A stretch of 60,685 nt of DNA, filler included, from Nemertoderma westbladi (taxonomy: Eukaryota > Animalia > Xenacoelomorpha), in assembly GCA_032718475.1 (NCBI GenBank). It is 3 parts of 3 records of this genome, joined end to end, with 100 filler letters (N's around TTAATTAATTAA, not from the genome) between each part and the next. Parts side by side here need not be neighbours in the genome. Positions count along the whole stretch, not along the records: positions 28,135 to 47,833 come from JAUCBJ010008440.1; positions 47,934 to 60,685 come from JAUCBJ010004723.1; 1 more part is not named here. One strand, given 5' to 3'. Under the pieces are notes generated by a model, which saw nothing but the letters and a program-made list of their open reading frames with translations, ran no database searches and had not been told where the DNA came from. Position numbers and translations under genes: made by a program. Each line of letters opens with the position of its first letter. Within the stretch, counting starts at the first letter, position 1. Below, in pieces: positions 39,801 through 51,528 of the stretch.

Positions 39801-40146
39801 GATATAAAATGTTCGTATATTGTTGATAAAAAGCGTTGATAAAAAGCTAAGTTCCTGCTTGGGAAGCATATGCTCCTGAAGCAGTACTATGTCAGAAACC
39901 TTGCATAACTCTCTTTCATAGTTAAGTGAGTCAGCTGCTCTGATCGAATTACAATTAAATGAAGTTATAGTAATATTATTGGAAGCCATATTTTAAGTAT
40001 AAAAACAGTTAATTTAAATAATATGGACCATTATCGTGTACAAATAAACCTTGAAATGGTTGCTAGTTATTTATTTATTTAGTTGTATATATATATACTA
40101 TTTCTAAAAATATACTATTTCCAAATATTATTAAATATTTATGTAG

Positions 40147-40835
40147 GATTGATTGATTGATTGATTGATGTGAGCCTGTAAGGGCTCTTATATTTTGTTC
40201 CAGAATGACCGGACACAATTTACAGACAATATTTAAATAAACAGTAGTTCACAAAACAAATTAAAATATAATTTACCTTGAGAGCATTTCAAATTTGTTT
40301 GTATGTTCTGCAATTTTTTTGTGTGCTATTATGTTTAAGTGCCCTGGCAGGAACTGACAGGTAATGCCGGTTCCTGCCATCGGTCAATCAGGGGTGGGCG
40401 GGGGAGGGGGGAGGGGGGGGGGGGGGGGGGGAATTTCAAGGGATGACGCCAGCCACTACTAAGTTCAATTCTGCTATATCCATAACCATAACCAATAGTC
40501 GTATTCCAACTATTTTTTACCTGTGATATCTGTTGTAAATAATTAAATTCTTATTTTTTGGAAGATTAGGTTTGATATTTATTTGTATTTAATTTATATC
40601 ATTTTTGTTTTTACTGTAGTTCATTAATTAATTTGATTTTTAGTTTCCTACCTAGTGTTTTTTTCGATTTGCTTTGTTTTATGTCGGTGTCTAAGGAGTT
40701 CCAGACAATGGCGCCGTGATATTTTAATGAATTTTGAGTTAGTAATAGTCGGGTCCGAGGTATAAAGTAGTTTTGGCGTGTCGTTGATCGAGTATTGTAA
40801 GTATGTAAAGTGGATGTTTGTTGGAACAATCATGT
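40147..40835 (-). mobile_element. L2/Crack-like LINE 3' fragment between RTE-X ORF1 and ORF2
   Basis: 'HTYNTRS..IPRTR..SLKYHGAIVWNSL..IK' C-terminus followed by a 3' UTR and a (TCAA)n tail. Confidence 0.75.
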
Positions 40836-41479
40836 TATAAAAGGATTACTGCAATCTAATTATGAAACAACCTTGTCCGTCTCCCCAGAGCGAGATTGTG
40901 TAATTTTAATTGTGTTAGACAGAGTGAGTTCAGCATCGGGAGTTCCCTTCCGAGTTGTATCGACATCATCACAATCCGTTCCTCTATTCCTCAGGCGGGG
41001 GCGAAAAACGTAGGGCCTTATACGGCAAAACTGAGGCCATGCTTCCGGAACTAGCAGCTTTTCATCATCAGGTTCATTACACGTGAGTCGAAAAGAGGAA
41101 TAATTTGCATCATCTGGCGAAATCTTCTCGCATTTAACTATATCACACGACAGATCCTGCTTTATGTAGTTCGATATTTCCTCCGCCAAAACGTCAGAAG
41201 CGCAGCCCGACAGGAAGAGAGCCGCTTCGTTGGTGCAACTGTTTTAAACGCTTGCCGAGTCGACGATCCACGTACAAACTGCGAATGTCCGCATGACTGC
41301 CGTCGGTCAGGGTTGTTGCCAGTCCTTGAAGTATCGCCGCTACGATCTGGGTATAGACTACAAGGAGGAGTGCGGGTCAGCTGACGCCGCTTCCTGCCGC
41401 GAGCTACAGGTCCCGACCAGCCCCCTCCTCCATCTCTATCCCGCGACTCTTCACGTTCACCATTAGCAACGCAAACAGC

Positions 41480-42632
41480 GGAAGCAGGACAATTCGGTCC
41501 CGGACAATTCGATCCGGACAATTCGGTCCCGGACAATTCGGTCCCATTAATTTTCTGTTTTGGAACCGAATTGTCCGGGACCGAATTGTCCGGGACCGAA
41601 TTGTCCGGATACTGACTAGGACAATTCGGTTCCAAAACATGCATATTAATGGGACCGAATTGTCCGGGACCGAATTGTCCGGGACCCAATTGTCCGGGAC
41701 CCAATTGTCCGGGACCGAATTGTCCAGGACCCAATTGTCCGGGACCAAATTTAATAATTGGTAATATATAGTGGAGAATGTTCTAGAACCTTAATATATA
41801 TTATTATATGGTAGCTAGTGTTTTTTTTTACTAGCTAGTATTTTTTTTAAAATAAAAAAAATTACTTTTTTTTGTTAACATTATTATTTATGGTAGCTAT
41901 GGTGCTTTTATGGAGCTTGTGAATTATTTACTAGCTAGTAATAGTATGTATTTAAAATGTTTAAAACTGATTTTTTTTATATATTGCGTAAGTATACTGT
42001 ATGTGTATGTTGGTTGGTTAACAAGCCTAAATTATTATCTTCGATACCGGTACTGTAATAGCTGGATCTCATTCAGGGACTGTTATAATATCATCAATAT
42101 TGTTGGTAATTAATATAATCAGCAACAGTTTAGGCCTAATTCTGAAATATCAATGTTTTCACAAGTGCTTTTATAATTTCAAGGAAATGCTAGCTAGTAA
42201 AAAAAAACACTAGCTACACCTTAATAAATAATATATAATAATGTTCTCGAACACTTCCCACTAACAAAAATTAGAAAAAAATACAGTATTTTTAAATTTC
42301 AAAAAATTCTAGCAAGTAAATAACACTAGGTAGCATAACAAATATCTCTCTACTAATGTTCTAGAACATTCACCAATATCAAAAAAGCACTAAAAAGTTG
42401 ATATCAGGAACCGGACAATTCGGTCCCGGACAATTCGGTCCTAGGACAATTCGGTCCCGGACAATTCGGTCCTAGGAAAATTCGGTCCTAGGACAATTCG
42501 GTCCCGGACAATTCGGTCCCATTTATTTAGTGTTTTGGGACCGAATTGTCCGGGACCGAATTGTCCGGGACCGAATTATCCGGACCGAATTGTCCGGGAC
42601 CGAATTGTCCGGGACCGAATTGTCCTACATCC
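41480..42632. mobile_element. Non-autonomous Mutator/foldback-type element with 15-bp subterminal repeats
   Basis: 9-bp TSD GCAAACAGC (41471-41479, 42633-42641); termini GGAAGCAGGACAATTCGG / CCGAATTGTCCTACATCC; arrays of GGACAATTCGGTCCC in both orientations. Confidence 0.9.
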
Positions 42633-42776
42633 GCAAACAGCATACGTCGATGAGTGGTTCCGGCAGTAATAACTTCGACTACTTCCACCTCTGGCTCACC
42701 CCCACTACACTCACCAGTAAACCGCAACACTGGAGTGGGATTAGGTATGAACACTGGAGTAGAAGCAGACAATACC

Positions 42777-43161
42777 GTACCTGTAGCATTACGAGTAATT
42801 GAATGTGTGTGTACCTACAGTAATTGAATGTATGTGTACCTACAGTAATTGAATGTGTGTGTACCTACCGTAATTGAATGTATGTGTACCTACAGTAATT
42901 GAATGTGTGTGTACCTACAGTAAGTTTATGTGTACCTACAGTAATTGAATGTGTGTGTACCTACCGTAATTGAATGTATGTGTACCTACAGTAATTGAAT
43001 GTGTGTGTACCTACAGTAACTTTATGTGTACCTACAGTAATTGAATGTGTGTGTACCTACCGTAATTGAATGTATGTGTACCTACAGTAATTGAATGTGT
43101 GTGTACCTACAGTAAGCTTATGTGTACCTACAGTAATTGAATGTATGATACCTACAGTAAG
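42777..43161. repeat. 25-bp minisatellite (gtacctacagtaattgaatgtgtgt) with 96-bp higher-order period
   Basis: 21-bp variant units recur at 42921, 43017 and 43113. Confidence 0.92.
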
Positions 43162-43707
43162 TGTCCATGTACAATAACCTTTGCTAGTCTTTCAACGGTA
43201 GGATCTGGATGAATTTGATCGCTGCAAATAAACAAATCCATTGTGCACTGGTTCGAATACGTCTGTCCGTCTGTACCGCATACAGGATTGTAATCTGCTG
43301 TGCACGCTCTTGCACAATTGTCAGGATGTCTTCCAGTTATTACACCTGAAGATATAAAACAATCGTAAACTAGTCGATAATATTTTCAATAATAATTCAA
43401 AGAGGAAGGAATTGGATTTAGGTCTAAATGACACCGTAAAGCAAAGTATATCGTTTTTCATCATATTAAGTGAATATAATAAAATTATGCCAAAAGCTGC
43501 AATAATTTAAACTAAATTTACGCGTTAAACTGTTTAAAAGTAAACTATACCAATACCAATAACGCTAATAATAATTTAATTTTAAGAAAAGCAATTTAAA
43601 TATATCTAGAGTTGAGTTACTATTACAGTATTACAATTACAAATACCTTACTTACCAATGAGAACGACAAATAAAGCAGTTTGGGTGCAGAATCCAAATG
43701 TTTTCAT
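43152..43707 (-). CDS. Secreted Kazal-type serine protease inhibitor, 2 exons (possible frameshift near 3' end)
   Basis: complement(join(43152-43345,43656-43707)); GTAAGT donor and TTCAG acceptor, phase 1; MKTFGFCTQTALFVVLIGVITG-RHPDNCARACTADYNPVCGTDGQTYSNQCTMDLFIC... Confidence 0.9.
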
Positions 43708-43726
43708 TTTTATATGCAATTACACT

Positions 43727-43775
43727 CACTGAATTACTTCAATTAGTATTTAGGCCTATTGTATATATATATATA
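43727..43775 (-). promoter_or_regulatory. Putative TATA box + initiator of the Kazal gene
   Basis: TATATA run 30-40 nt upstream of TTCAGT, which lies about 20 nt before the ATG; the AT-rich context weakens the call. Confidence 0.35.
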
Positions 43776-44820
43776 ATATATATAGACTAGTAGTCCCTAT
43801 TATTTGAGTATCTGTGGGATCTTTTCACTGGTAATTTGCGTGATGACACTGACTGCAACAAGCTTGTAAAATATTTAAATATAATTGTAACTGTGCCCGG
43901 TATTGCTTTGTTATATTATGACACAAATGCTCAGGTACTTTCGCAAAATGGTGAAACTGAGTTCTGAAAAGTAATAGGCGACACATTGGCTCTTTTACTT
44001 TTCATAATTGTAATGAAACATGGAATAATTTGGACAACCAAACAACTGTGAAGGAACAACATAAGAACTTAGAAGCAGAAAATATAGGGTTACCGCTCAA
44101 CAGTTTCGATTTGATTAAGAATGACATCGCCCTGCTTTCTAATACGCTAGCTGATGCGTACTTTTACTGAACAAAGTGGAAAAAAGGTCTGCTAATGAAG
44201 ATTTGTTGCATATAATTACGCTAGGCTTAGAATGTTGATGGATACCTGACCTTCATCGATTGTAATCAACTAAAGGACGTTGAAGACTTCCAGTAACTTG
44301 GGTCATGCATGGATAGAGAGCAGCAGAATCGTCATATACGTTAAGAATGCAAAGGCATGAGTAGCTACGTCGCTCTATCAATAATGAGTACCATTGGAAA
44401 TCAGACCTTTCCCATTAACTGGATAAAACTTAGAAAGTCTACTTTTATATGGGGTGAATTGTCTTGGAAACTAACGAACTAATATTGTTTCTCACGACTA
44501 CACTAAGCAACACTAAACATCCAGATGGGGGGGGGGGACTTTCAATGCAATTTTCATTTCATTTTCATTTCATCCCTGTCCAGGAGAAAATCAACGCAAT
44601 TAACAGCTCACTTATTATCAAAATAAAAAAAACTGTAACCTAACCTGGTTACAGTCTATTGGCTTTTGGTTATTGTTTTGGTTAGAATAATGTCTCAATC
44701 TAACCTGCTCCTTTCTTCAAATGGGTAATTTAACATTGAGAAAAAATATTAATTCGCCGATATTGTATTTGCGTCCAGCTTTTCCCACGTAACAGCTGGT
44801 GTAACACATGACAAAGACTT

Positions 44821-46408
44821 GGGGGGGGGGGGGGGTGTAGCGCATTTTCTGACCAAAAAGTCGAATTTTTTAAACATATGCTATGATAACTATGATAACT
44901 GATGCAGAATTTCATGCTGAATCCAAATATGGAAACCGATTTCCCATAAATTGGTTAGTTTTCGAGATATCTGGAATAGAAGATAATTGGCTCTGATATT
45001 TCGCTATATCGGTAAATATGATGAAGTTAGGGGTTTGCATTTCAATTTCTGCAAAATTATGTGCTCAGTGGTGCCAATTGGATGTCTTCACGAGAAAGAG
45101 CACAACATTTTAATTGAGAAGGTCTTTTTTTATGATTATTGGAACTACTAGTCAGTTTATAAGACAACTTCAAGTCTCCGCAACAATGATGGGACTCGAT
45201 TAAGCGACTCTGCGGTCTATGCGTGATTATACAGAATAGACTTTATCAGTCATCGGAGATCTTCATAATGTATAATCTCCAGTTGTAGTGGTCGTACGAA
45301 GTTAGGCTCATTCGAAAGCTCTTTTCTCAGAGAACAAAGTTGCCATTTAGTTTGGCAAACTCTTGAAAGCTGCTTGAGCAATCATAACTTAACATTTGCA
45401 AGGTATATTTGTTAGTGGATCCAATTCGATGTACTACCCAGCGGAAAGTGGGCGAAGTGGTGATTTACCAATTATAGTTAGCTAGGCGACATTACCAATA
45501 TAATGACACCTACCAACAAACGGGGTAACATGCATTGCCAATTGGTTAGGGAGATATGACATGTTACAAGCGTTACCTGTTAATTGTACCTTCAGTTGGC
45601 TTTTTAGAGTGTACATGTCGAACGGTTTTCAACCATCGTCGTCACCAACCGCATTTATTGTGTTTGTGCTGTATTACCAGTACCTATGCTATTATATACC
45701 TATCAGAGATCAACAACATTAACACCAAACTCTTTTATTATAACGGCCTCCGGCCTTTCAGCCCATAATCAGCCACAGTATGCGAACGCGGCGACGCGTA
45801 TCAAACCAAGACAAAACCCGGTCGGGATTCCCTCGCAAACTCGGGGATCCCATCACAATATTTTACCCAAATTCATGTTATGTTGTATCAGAACTATTTT
45901 ATGTTACATCAAATGGTAACTTCGTTCTCCGAGAAAAGAGCTTTCGAATGAGCCTAAAATGAATTTCGTACGACCACTAGAACTGGAGATTATACATTTT
46001 GAGGATTTCCTATGACTGATAAGTCTATTCCATATAATCCCACATAGACCGTAGAGTCGCTTAATCGAGTCCCATCATTGTTCCGGAGACTTGAAGTTGT
46101 CTTATAAACTGACCAGTAGGTCTAAAAATCATAAAAAAATACCTTCTCAATTAAGATGTTGTGCTCTTTCCCGTGGAGGCATCCAATTGCCACCACTGAG
46201 CACAGAAATTTGCAGAAATTGAATGCAAACCCCAAACTTCATCGCATTTATTGATATCGCGATATATCGGAGCCAGTATCTTCTATTCCAGATATCTCCA
46301 AAATTAAGCAAGATATGGGAAAACGGTTTCCATATTTGGATTCTCGGATAGGATATGTTTCAAAAATTCGACTTTTTCGTCAGAAAATACGCTACCTACT
46401 AATCCCCC
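44821..46408. mobile_element. Long palindromic MITE (~520-bp arms)
   Basis: gtagcgcattttctgaccaaaaagtcgaattttt / aaaaattcgactttttcgtcagaaaatacgctac; arms match inward to about 45345 and 45915. Confidence 0.9.
45410..45857. mobile_element. Solo LTR (448 bp)
   Basis: TGTTAGTGGATCC...GGATCCCATCACA; 5-bp TSD ATATT (45405-45409, 45858-45862); relative at 60113. Confidence 0.88.
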
Positions 46409-47833
46409 TTACCTACCGGCTTCAATTAATATAGAAGCCAGAAGAATTGCTGGAGAAGTAAAGACGAGGTCATGCCAGATCTAAGACCTATTTATACTTA
46501 ACCAGCCTCCTGTGGTCGACTGGCTTTGATATATACAAAGGGAAACTGGACTTATAGTCTACCTGCCAACTCCCGAAAATTAAGTTTAGATGGCATTTTT
46601 TGTTAATGGTTGGCATCCACCTGATTTTTGTACTTCAAGACATGGCGAATCCGGCTAGGCCGGATGCCACCTCTGCATTTTTGATTTAATGCCTTTTTTT
46701 GGGCTTCAAAGTTTTTTGCTCAAAAATGGGGTTTTTCGATTTTAGGATACAAGTTCATGGTGAATGTTAGTAAATCTCGTCTCTTAACCAGTGTGTTCAT
46801 TGAAAGTTAATCAAAATGCATCAATGTTGTCCTGAAATAGTTATAAACACTTTGGTGAAGAAAAAAATTTCCGAAATTCCCTTCCATTCTTCCAAACTGG
46901 CCCTAGTTACCGCCTTAGCAACAGATTTATGAAATTTAATTTAATAATTGCTTTCTCTCACCTGTCCTTTTCCTGATAAAATCAACAAACTGTTTTTAAA
47001 ATTAAAAAACCTATCACACAACTTAAATAACATCCTGGGAACACATCAAGGGTATTATAATATCAAATAGCATCCAATGTCGCAGACACAGACCCATTAT
47101 TTGGACCTGAGTAATTTTCAGAAGTATCAAAATATTAAGTTTAAGTAGAGAATTCGCGTACCTTTACTCAAATATTTGCTCCCATATTTGTAATTATTTA
47201 AAAATATCTCTACTGCTAAGTAGCATGTTGATACTTCCCGTCATATTGTACACATTCGGGTGACATTTACAGTCCAGGTTACCATAGCAACAGACCAAAT
47301 AAGACAATTTAATAAGAATTTAATTTACAGGTAACTATAATGCAGTTTTCCTCAGTTTATACCTTTCCAGAGTTTTGGGAGATTAAATGTGAAACACGTC
47401 GCTTAGCTATAACCTTCGACTGTTAATCAACATCCTGTTGTGTCTTTGGGAAATAATTGTTTAATACAAATATGAATTTTGAAGTATCTCTGGCGTTTAT
47501 CGATCGAGAACTACAGTTAATAATCCGTACCGTTACCTCCAATTTATCTATTTAAGAAATTTGATCATAGGCGTTTAAACTATGTAAATTCCCAGATTGA
47601 AGTTTCTAAGGAAACAAGTTGTGGATAATCTGGTTGCTATGCAAAGTTTCCTGTGATATACACTCTTAATTCTGCAACAGGCAGGTACATCAGATTATGC
47701 ACCATCAGGACCGGGGGGGGGGGGGGGGGGGGGGGGGGGTGGTGTGAGTGTGGAACTGGTCAAACTGGGCGCAAATCCAATTTCGGCGAATTATTATTTT
47801 TCTCAATGTTAAAGTTATCGATTTATGGAAAGG

Positions 47834-47933
47834 NNNNNNNNNNNNNNNNNNNNNNNNNNNNNNNNNNNNNNNNNNNNTTAATTAATTAANNNNNNNNNNN
47901 NNNNNNNNNNNNNNNNNNNNNNNNNNNNNNNNN
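47834..47933. other. Assembly gap with artificial TTAATTAATTAA spacer
   Basis: 44 N + TTAATTAATTAA + 44 N. Confidence 0.98.
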
Positions 47934-48537
47934 GCTTGTTTGCACAGTTGAATGCCTACTGCTATATTACAGTCTAAGCAAGTCTAGTAATTCAGTATTA
48001 ACTGCTAGCCTAGTAATTAATTACCGATACTGCTACTCAGTGTAGCGTGATATATAATATTAGAATACCGGTATGCTTATGGTATATATATAAGTATTAT
48101 TACAGACTAGGTTTTTCACAGAAACCGGTATATAATTTTAGCACAAATATATATAAATATATAATAGGCCTATCGTGGATACCGGTATGCAGTCTACACT
48201 TATAGTATATATAAGTATAATTATTAACTAGAATTAATTACAGAATACCGGTATGATTTCAGCTTAAGTTTATGAAATAAAGATAATAAGCCTATTGTAA
48301 ATACCGGTATATCAATTATTTTAGAATAATTGAATTTCTGAATTGTAAGGGTTACTTGGTTACTTTAACTTACTTTATTACCGTTATTTAAGCAGTAGTC
48401 CAACTGATATTGAGACCTAATTGTTGTATGGCAGGCCTACTATTTATAAATCGTTTGAGTTGATTTATAATATATATATACCCGTTTAATGGGTTTTTTC
48501 AATGTTTGAAATAAATGTTATTATTTCTGGGGGGAGG

Positions 48538-51303
48538 CACTACACAGAAGCTGTGAGCTCTCAGTGGAGTGCTACTTGTTAGACACTAAACAAATAATTC
48601 TAATTTACCTAAGTTACTTAATACTACAAATTACGTACAATTCGGGTTGAGATTACAATCTCTAAATAAACACAAAAATTTAATTACAAATACACAAATA
48701 CAAATTTTTAGGGTAATTTTACAGGCAATCTACAAACCAGCCTAACAAAGGGTTAGAATATCTGGTTATTACAACGGACAGGTTAATACGGTATTTGAAA
48801 ATAATAAGTAGTAGTAAATATACTGCGCTGTCCAGATAGGAAAATACCACCGCCTGACGACCTATAACCGTATCGCTATAGGTACTACGTTATGTATCAC
48901 GGAGTGTCCCTACCTAGAAGTTAATTACCGCGGTCTACCAGAACCAACGTGCCTATTAACCACTTTACAACACAAATACACTGCCTACACACTAATTGCT
49001 TTCGGAAAGCACTGTACACTAAACCCTAAATTAGGTACAAGTACTTGTACAACAAATAATTAGTAGTTAAAAATACTTGAACAGCTAAAAGAACCACGGT
49101 ATCTGCCGGAGTGACCAAAGCACAAAATCTCCAGTCTTTACCTACGCCGAGCAGCCCGTATAGTACCGGGGTTAGTTTAACTATAACGGTATGTATAACA
49201 AACACAATTACTGTAGGAACAAACTTGGGGAATGAATGTTGCGAATAATCGCATAAACTCTGAATAATAAATATTACGCTACGCGTACAGACTATTCAAA
49301 CAAAATGCAGACCAAATACTGACAGACTACTATCAAGCCTAAACAAACTACGGTATATGCAGACTCCGAAATGGTTAAGTAGTATGCGTTCTAACCCAGT
49401 AGTACGACTTATTCTTTAGATGGGGGTTTACCTTACAGCGATGGCTGCCCCTACTTCCTAACCGTTCTTTATCGGACAGATGCTTTACACACACCGAAAT
49501 TTCCTCAAACACAACAGCAGCCAGACAACTATCCAGCCTACAAATTATCTAAATAAAATTATACACTACCCGTACAGACTACACAAACAAAGTACAGACC
49601 AAATGCTGGCGGACTCCTATCAAGCCTAAATAAACCACAGGACATGTAGACTCCGAAATGGTTAAGTAGTATGCGTTCTAACCCAGTAGTACGACTTATT
49701 CTTTAGTTGGGGGTTTACCTTACAGCATTCGCTGCCCCTACTTCCTAACCGTTCTTTATCGGACAGGTGATCTACACACACTGCAATCCGTTCAGACCTA
49801 ATCAACTGTTAGCCAACAGTCAAGCCTACAAATTAGCTGTACAATCTGAGCGGGCTTACATGCCTTCTGCTCAATACTGGCCTACAAATAAATAAAACTG
49901 ACAGAAATAAGTAAGCTCCAAAAGAAACAAGGGGTGTACAGTCCCTAATCTCTTAAACAGCCTACCGGTATACAATACCACAATCGAACAATACTGCTGT
50001 ACCTGTACCGTAAGTAGGTACCGGTCCGGATGATCAGGCAGTCAGGCCTACTGGTTACCGGTTGACCGGTACTTTCGACTAGATTGCTTACACCGCAATC
50101 CAGAAGCTATATCTGTTATTGTTTGCGCTTCTAAAGACCTTTGACAGTTTAACCTGCCAAAATTAGAATGTCTTTTGGATGATAGATAGTCTTTAGCCTA
50201 TGACGAGTATTTGATACACTACATTAGCCGAAGCCAGTCTATGCGCAATCATTCACCCGTTGGATATACCCGGGAGACTGAGTTCGGAGCTTAATGATTG
50301 ATGGTGTAAGCCTACTGTATTATTCGACTGATCGTAATATATAATCTCTGACAAATATTATTCACTTTCGGGAAATATTAACAGTTCCTTTAGGACGTGG
50401 CGCTCTAAATATGTAAACAGAATTATGACTTAAACTAGACACAACGAAAAGGCTATAGATTCACGTATATGGCGCATTCTTTAGGAGATGCTTTGTTATC
50501 AGTTACACTCATACACAATGCTGCACAATACTGCACACTAATCTGCCGACCTTCACTAAATTTGGTCACGTATAAAGAGAGCAACAGACAATTTATGTTG
50601 GGCATATGAAATAGCATTAGATTCACTTCAAACCACTCAACACAGGTCGCAATCGCTTATCTGTAACCGGTCTCTCTAACCTTTAGTATATCAAGAAGGT
50701 GGGGTGTCTGACTATTGATCAGTATTCCGATATAATATTTCATCAACCAATATAATGAACAACAGACAGCAAAAGCAGTAATATTAATGTATAAATTGTT
50801 TAGTTATGGTTTGATATAGTTCGATAAGGTTTGTATGTATGAATCGTTTGATAACAGATATACGTTCTATAATTAAGCCTACTAATGTAAGACTAAAGAC
50901 TGAAACACGGAGGTGCCAAAAGCCGGTGTTCTTAGGCTCTGGGCAAAAACATAACACTGAATTACTGAGTTCTGTATACACCTCCAACACAGAGACAAAA
51001 AACGCTCTGAGTGGTCAACCGAACAACGAGAGAACAAAGAAACAAAGAAACGTCGACGTGGCAATATCAGCTGTTAGCCGTCGTCATGGTAGCGACACTG
51101 TTTTCAAGAGTATCCAGCTTATCGCGTCACGAGATTGCGGATTATGTCCTCTAAAGTACAAATACAGTACAAATACAGAAGAAATGACTTTTATGTCCTC
51201 TAAAACACCAGTACAGCAAGGACACGGCCTTTTTATGCCTGGCAAACCAACTACAGAGTACTTTAAGGGAAAATAACCGGTTAATGACGCAAAAGCTTTT
51301 ACA
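48538..51303 (+). mobile_element. ~2.77-kb LTR-like repeat, copy 2 (probable 3' LTR)
   Basis: Preceded by purine tract GGGGGGAGG (48529-48537); lacks the first ~6 bp seen in copy 1; ends GCTTTTACA; diverged but colinear with copy 1. Confidence 0.75.
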
Positions 51304-51528
51304 GAATGTCATTTACATTTAACTACTTCTTCTAAAGATATAATCGGAAATGATGATATGTCTTACCTTTCTAAAGACTTAGTCCATGTTGAGTCAATTG
51401 CTAATGATGATGAAAGCCAACAGTTCGCTTTGGCCCCGGAGAGTGTTGTAGATTGTAATATTGGGCCTACAAAGGAAATGATTACGCGATCTGGTCGAAA
51501 AGTAAAACCCCCTAAATACTATTTTTAG
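51304..51528 (+). mobile_element. LTR-retrotransposon integrase C-terminal remnant
   Basis: Open frame EC...ITRSGRKVKPPKYYF*; TRSGR-x-VKPP is typical of pol ends. Confidence 0.6.

Larger units (their letters stand above)
36889..42790 (-). mobile_element. Degenerate RTE-X-like LINE (ORF1 about 40860-42790; ORF2 APE-RT about 36890-39989) with nested insertions
   Basis: APE motifs 'ITSFNCNS', 'LLQEH', 'GDFNA', 'SWLDH'; RT 'NYRPIAL', 'GVKQGGILSPYLFNMYMDDL', 'YADD', 'YLGH'; ORF1-type 'YSSFRL..PEAWP'; many frameshifts. Confidence 0.88.
43990..46560 (+). mobile_element. Old RTE remnant split by nested insertions
   Basis: Degenerate RT sequence to about 44525 resumes at about 46410; shares gaagtaaagacgaggtcat.ccagatct with the remnant at 11483. 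Confidence 0.6.

Noticed and set aside
41162-41748. GPGQF/VPDNS repeat proteins resembling silk or elastin
   Set aside because: Translations of the 15-bp transposon subrepeat, bounded by a 9-bp TSD
50839-51276. 145-aa ORF in the long repeat
   Set aside because: Not preserved as an ORF in copy 1 and has no recognisable motif
28135-51303. One 23-kb retrotransposon bounded by the two long repeats
   Set aside because: The repeats are clearly diverged, no PBS follows either, and the interior is a mix of BEL gag, Gypsy pol, LINEs and a host gene in incompatible order, across a gap
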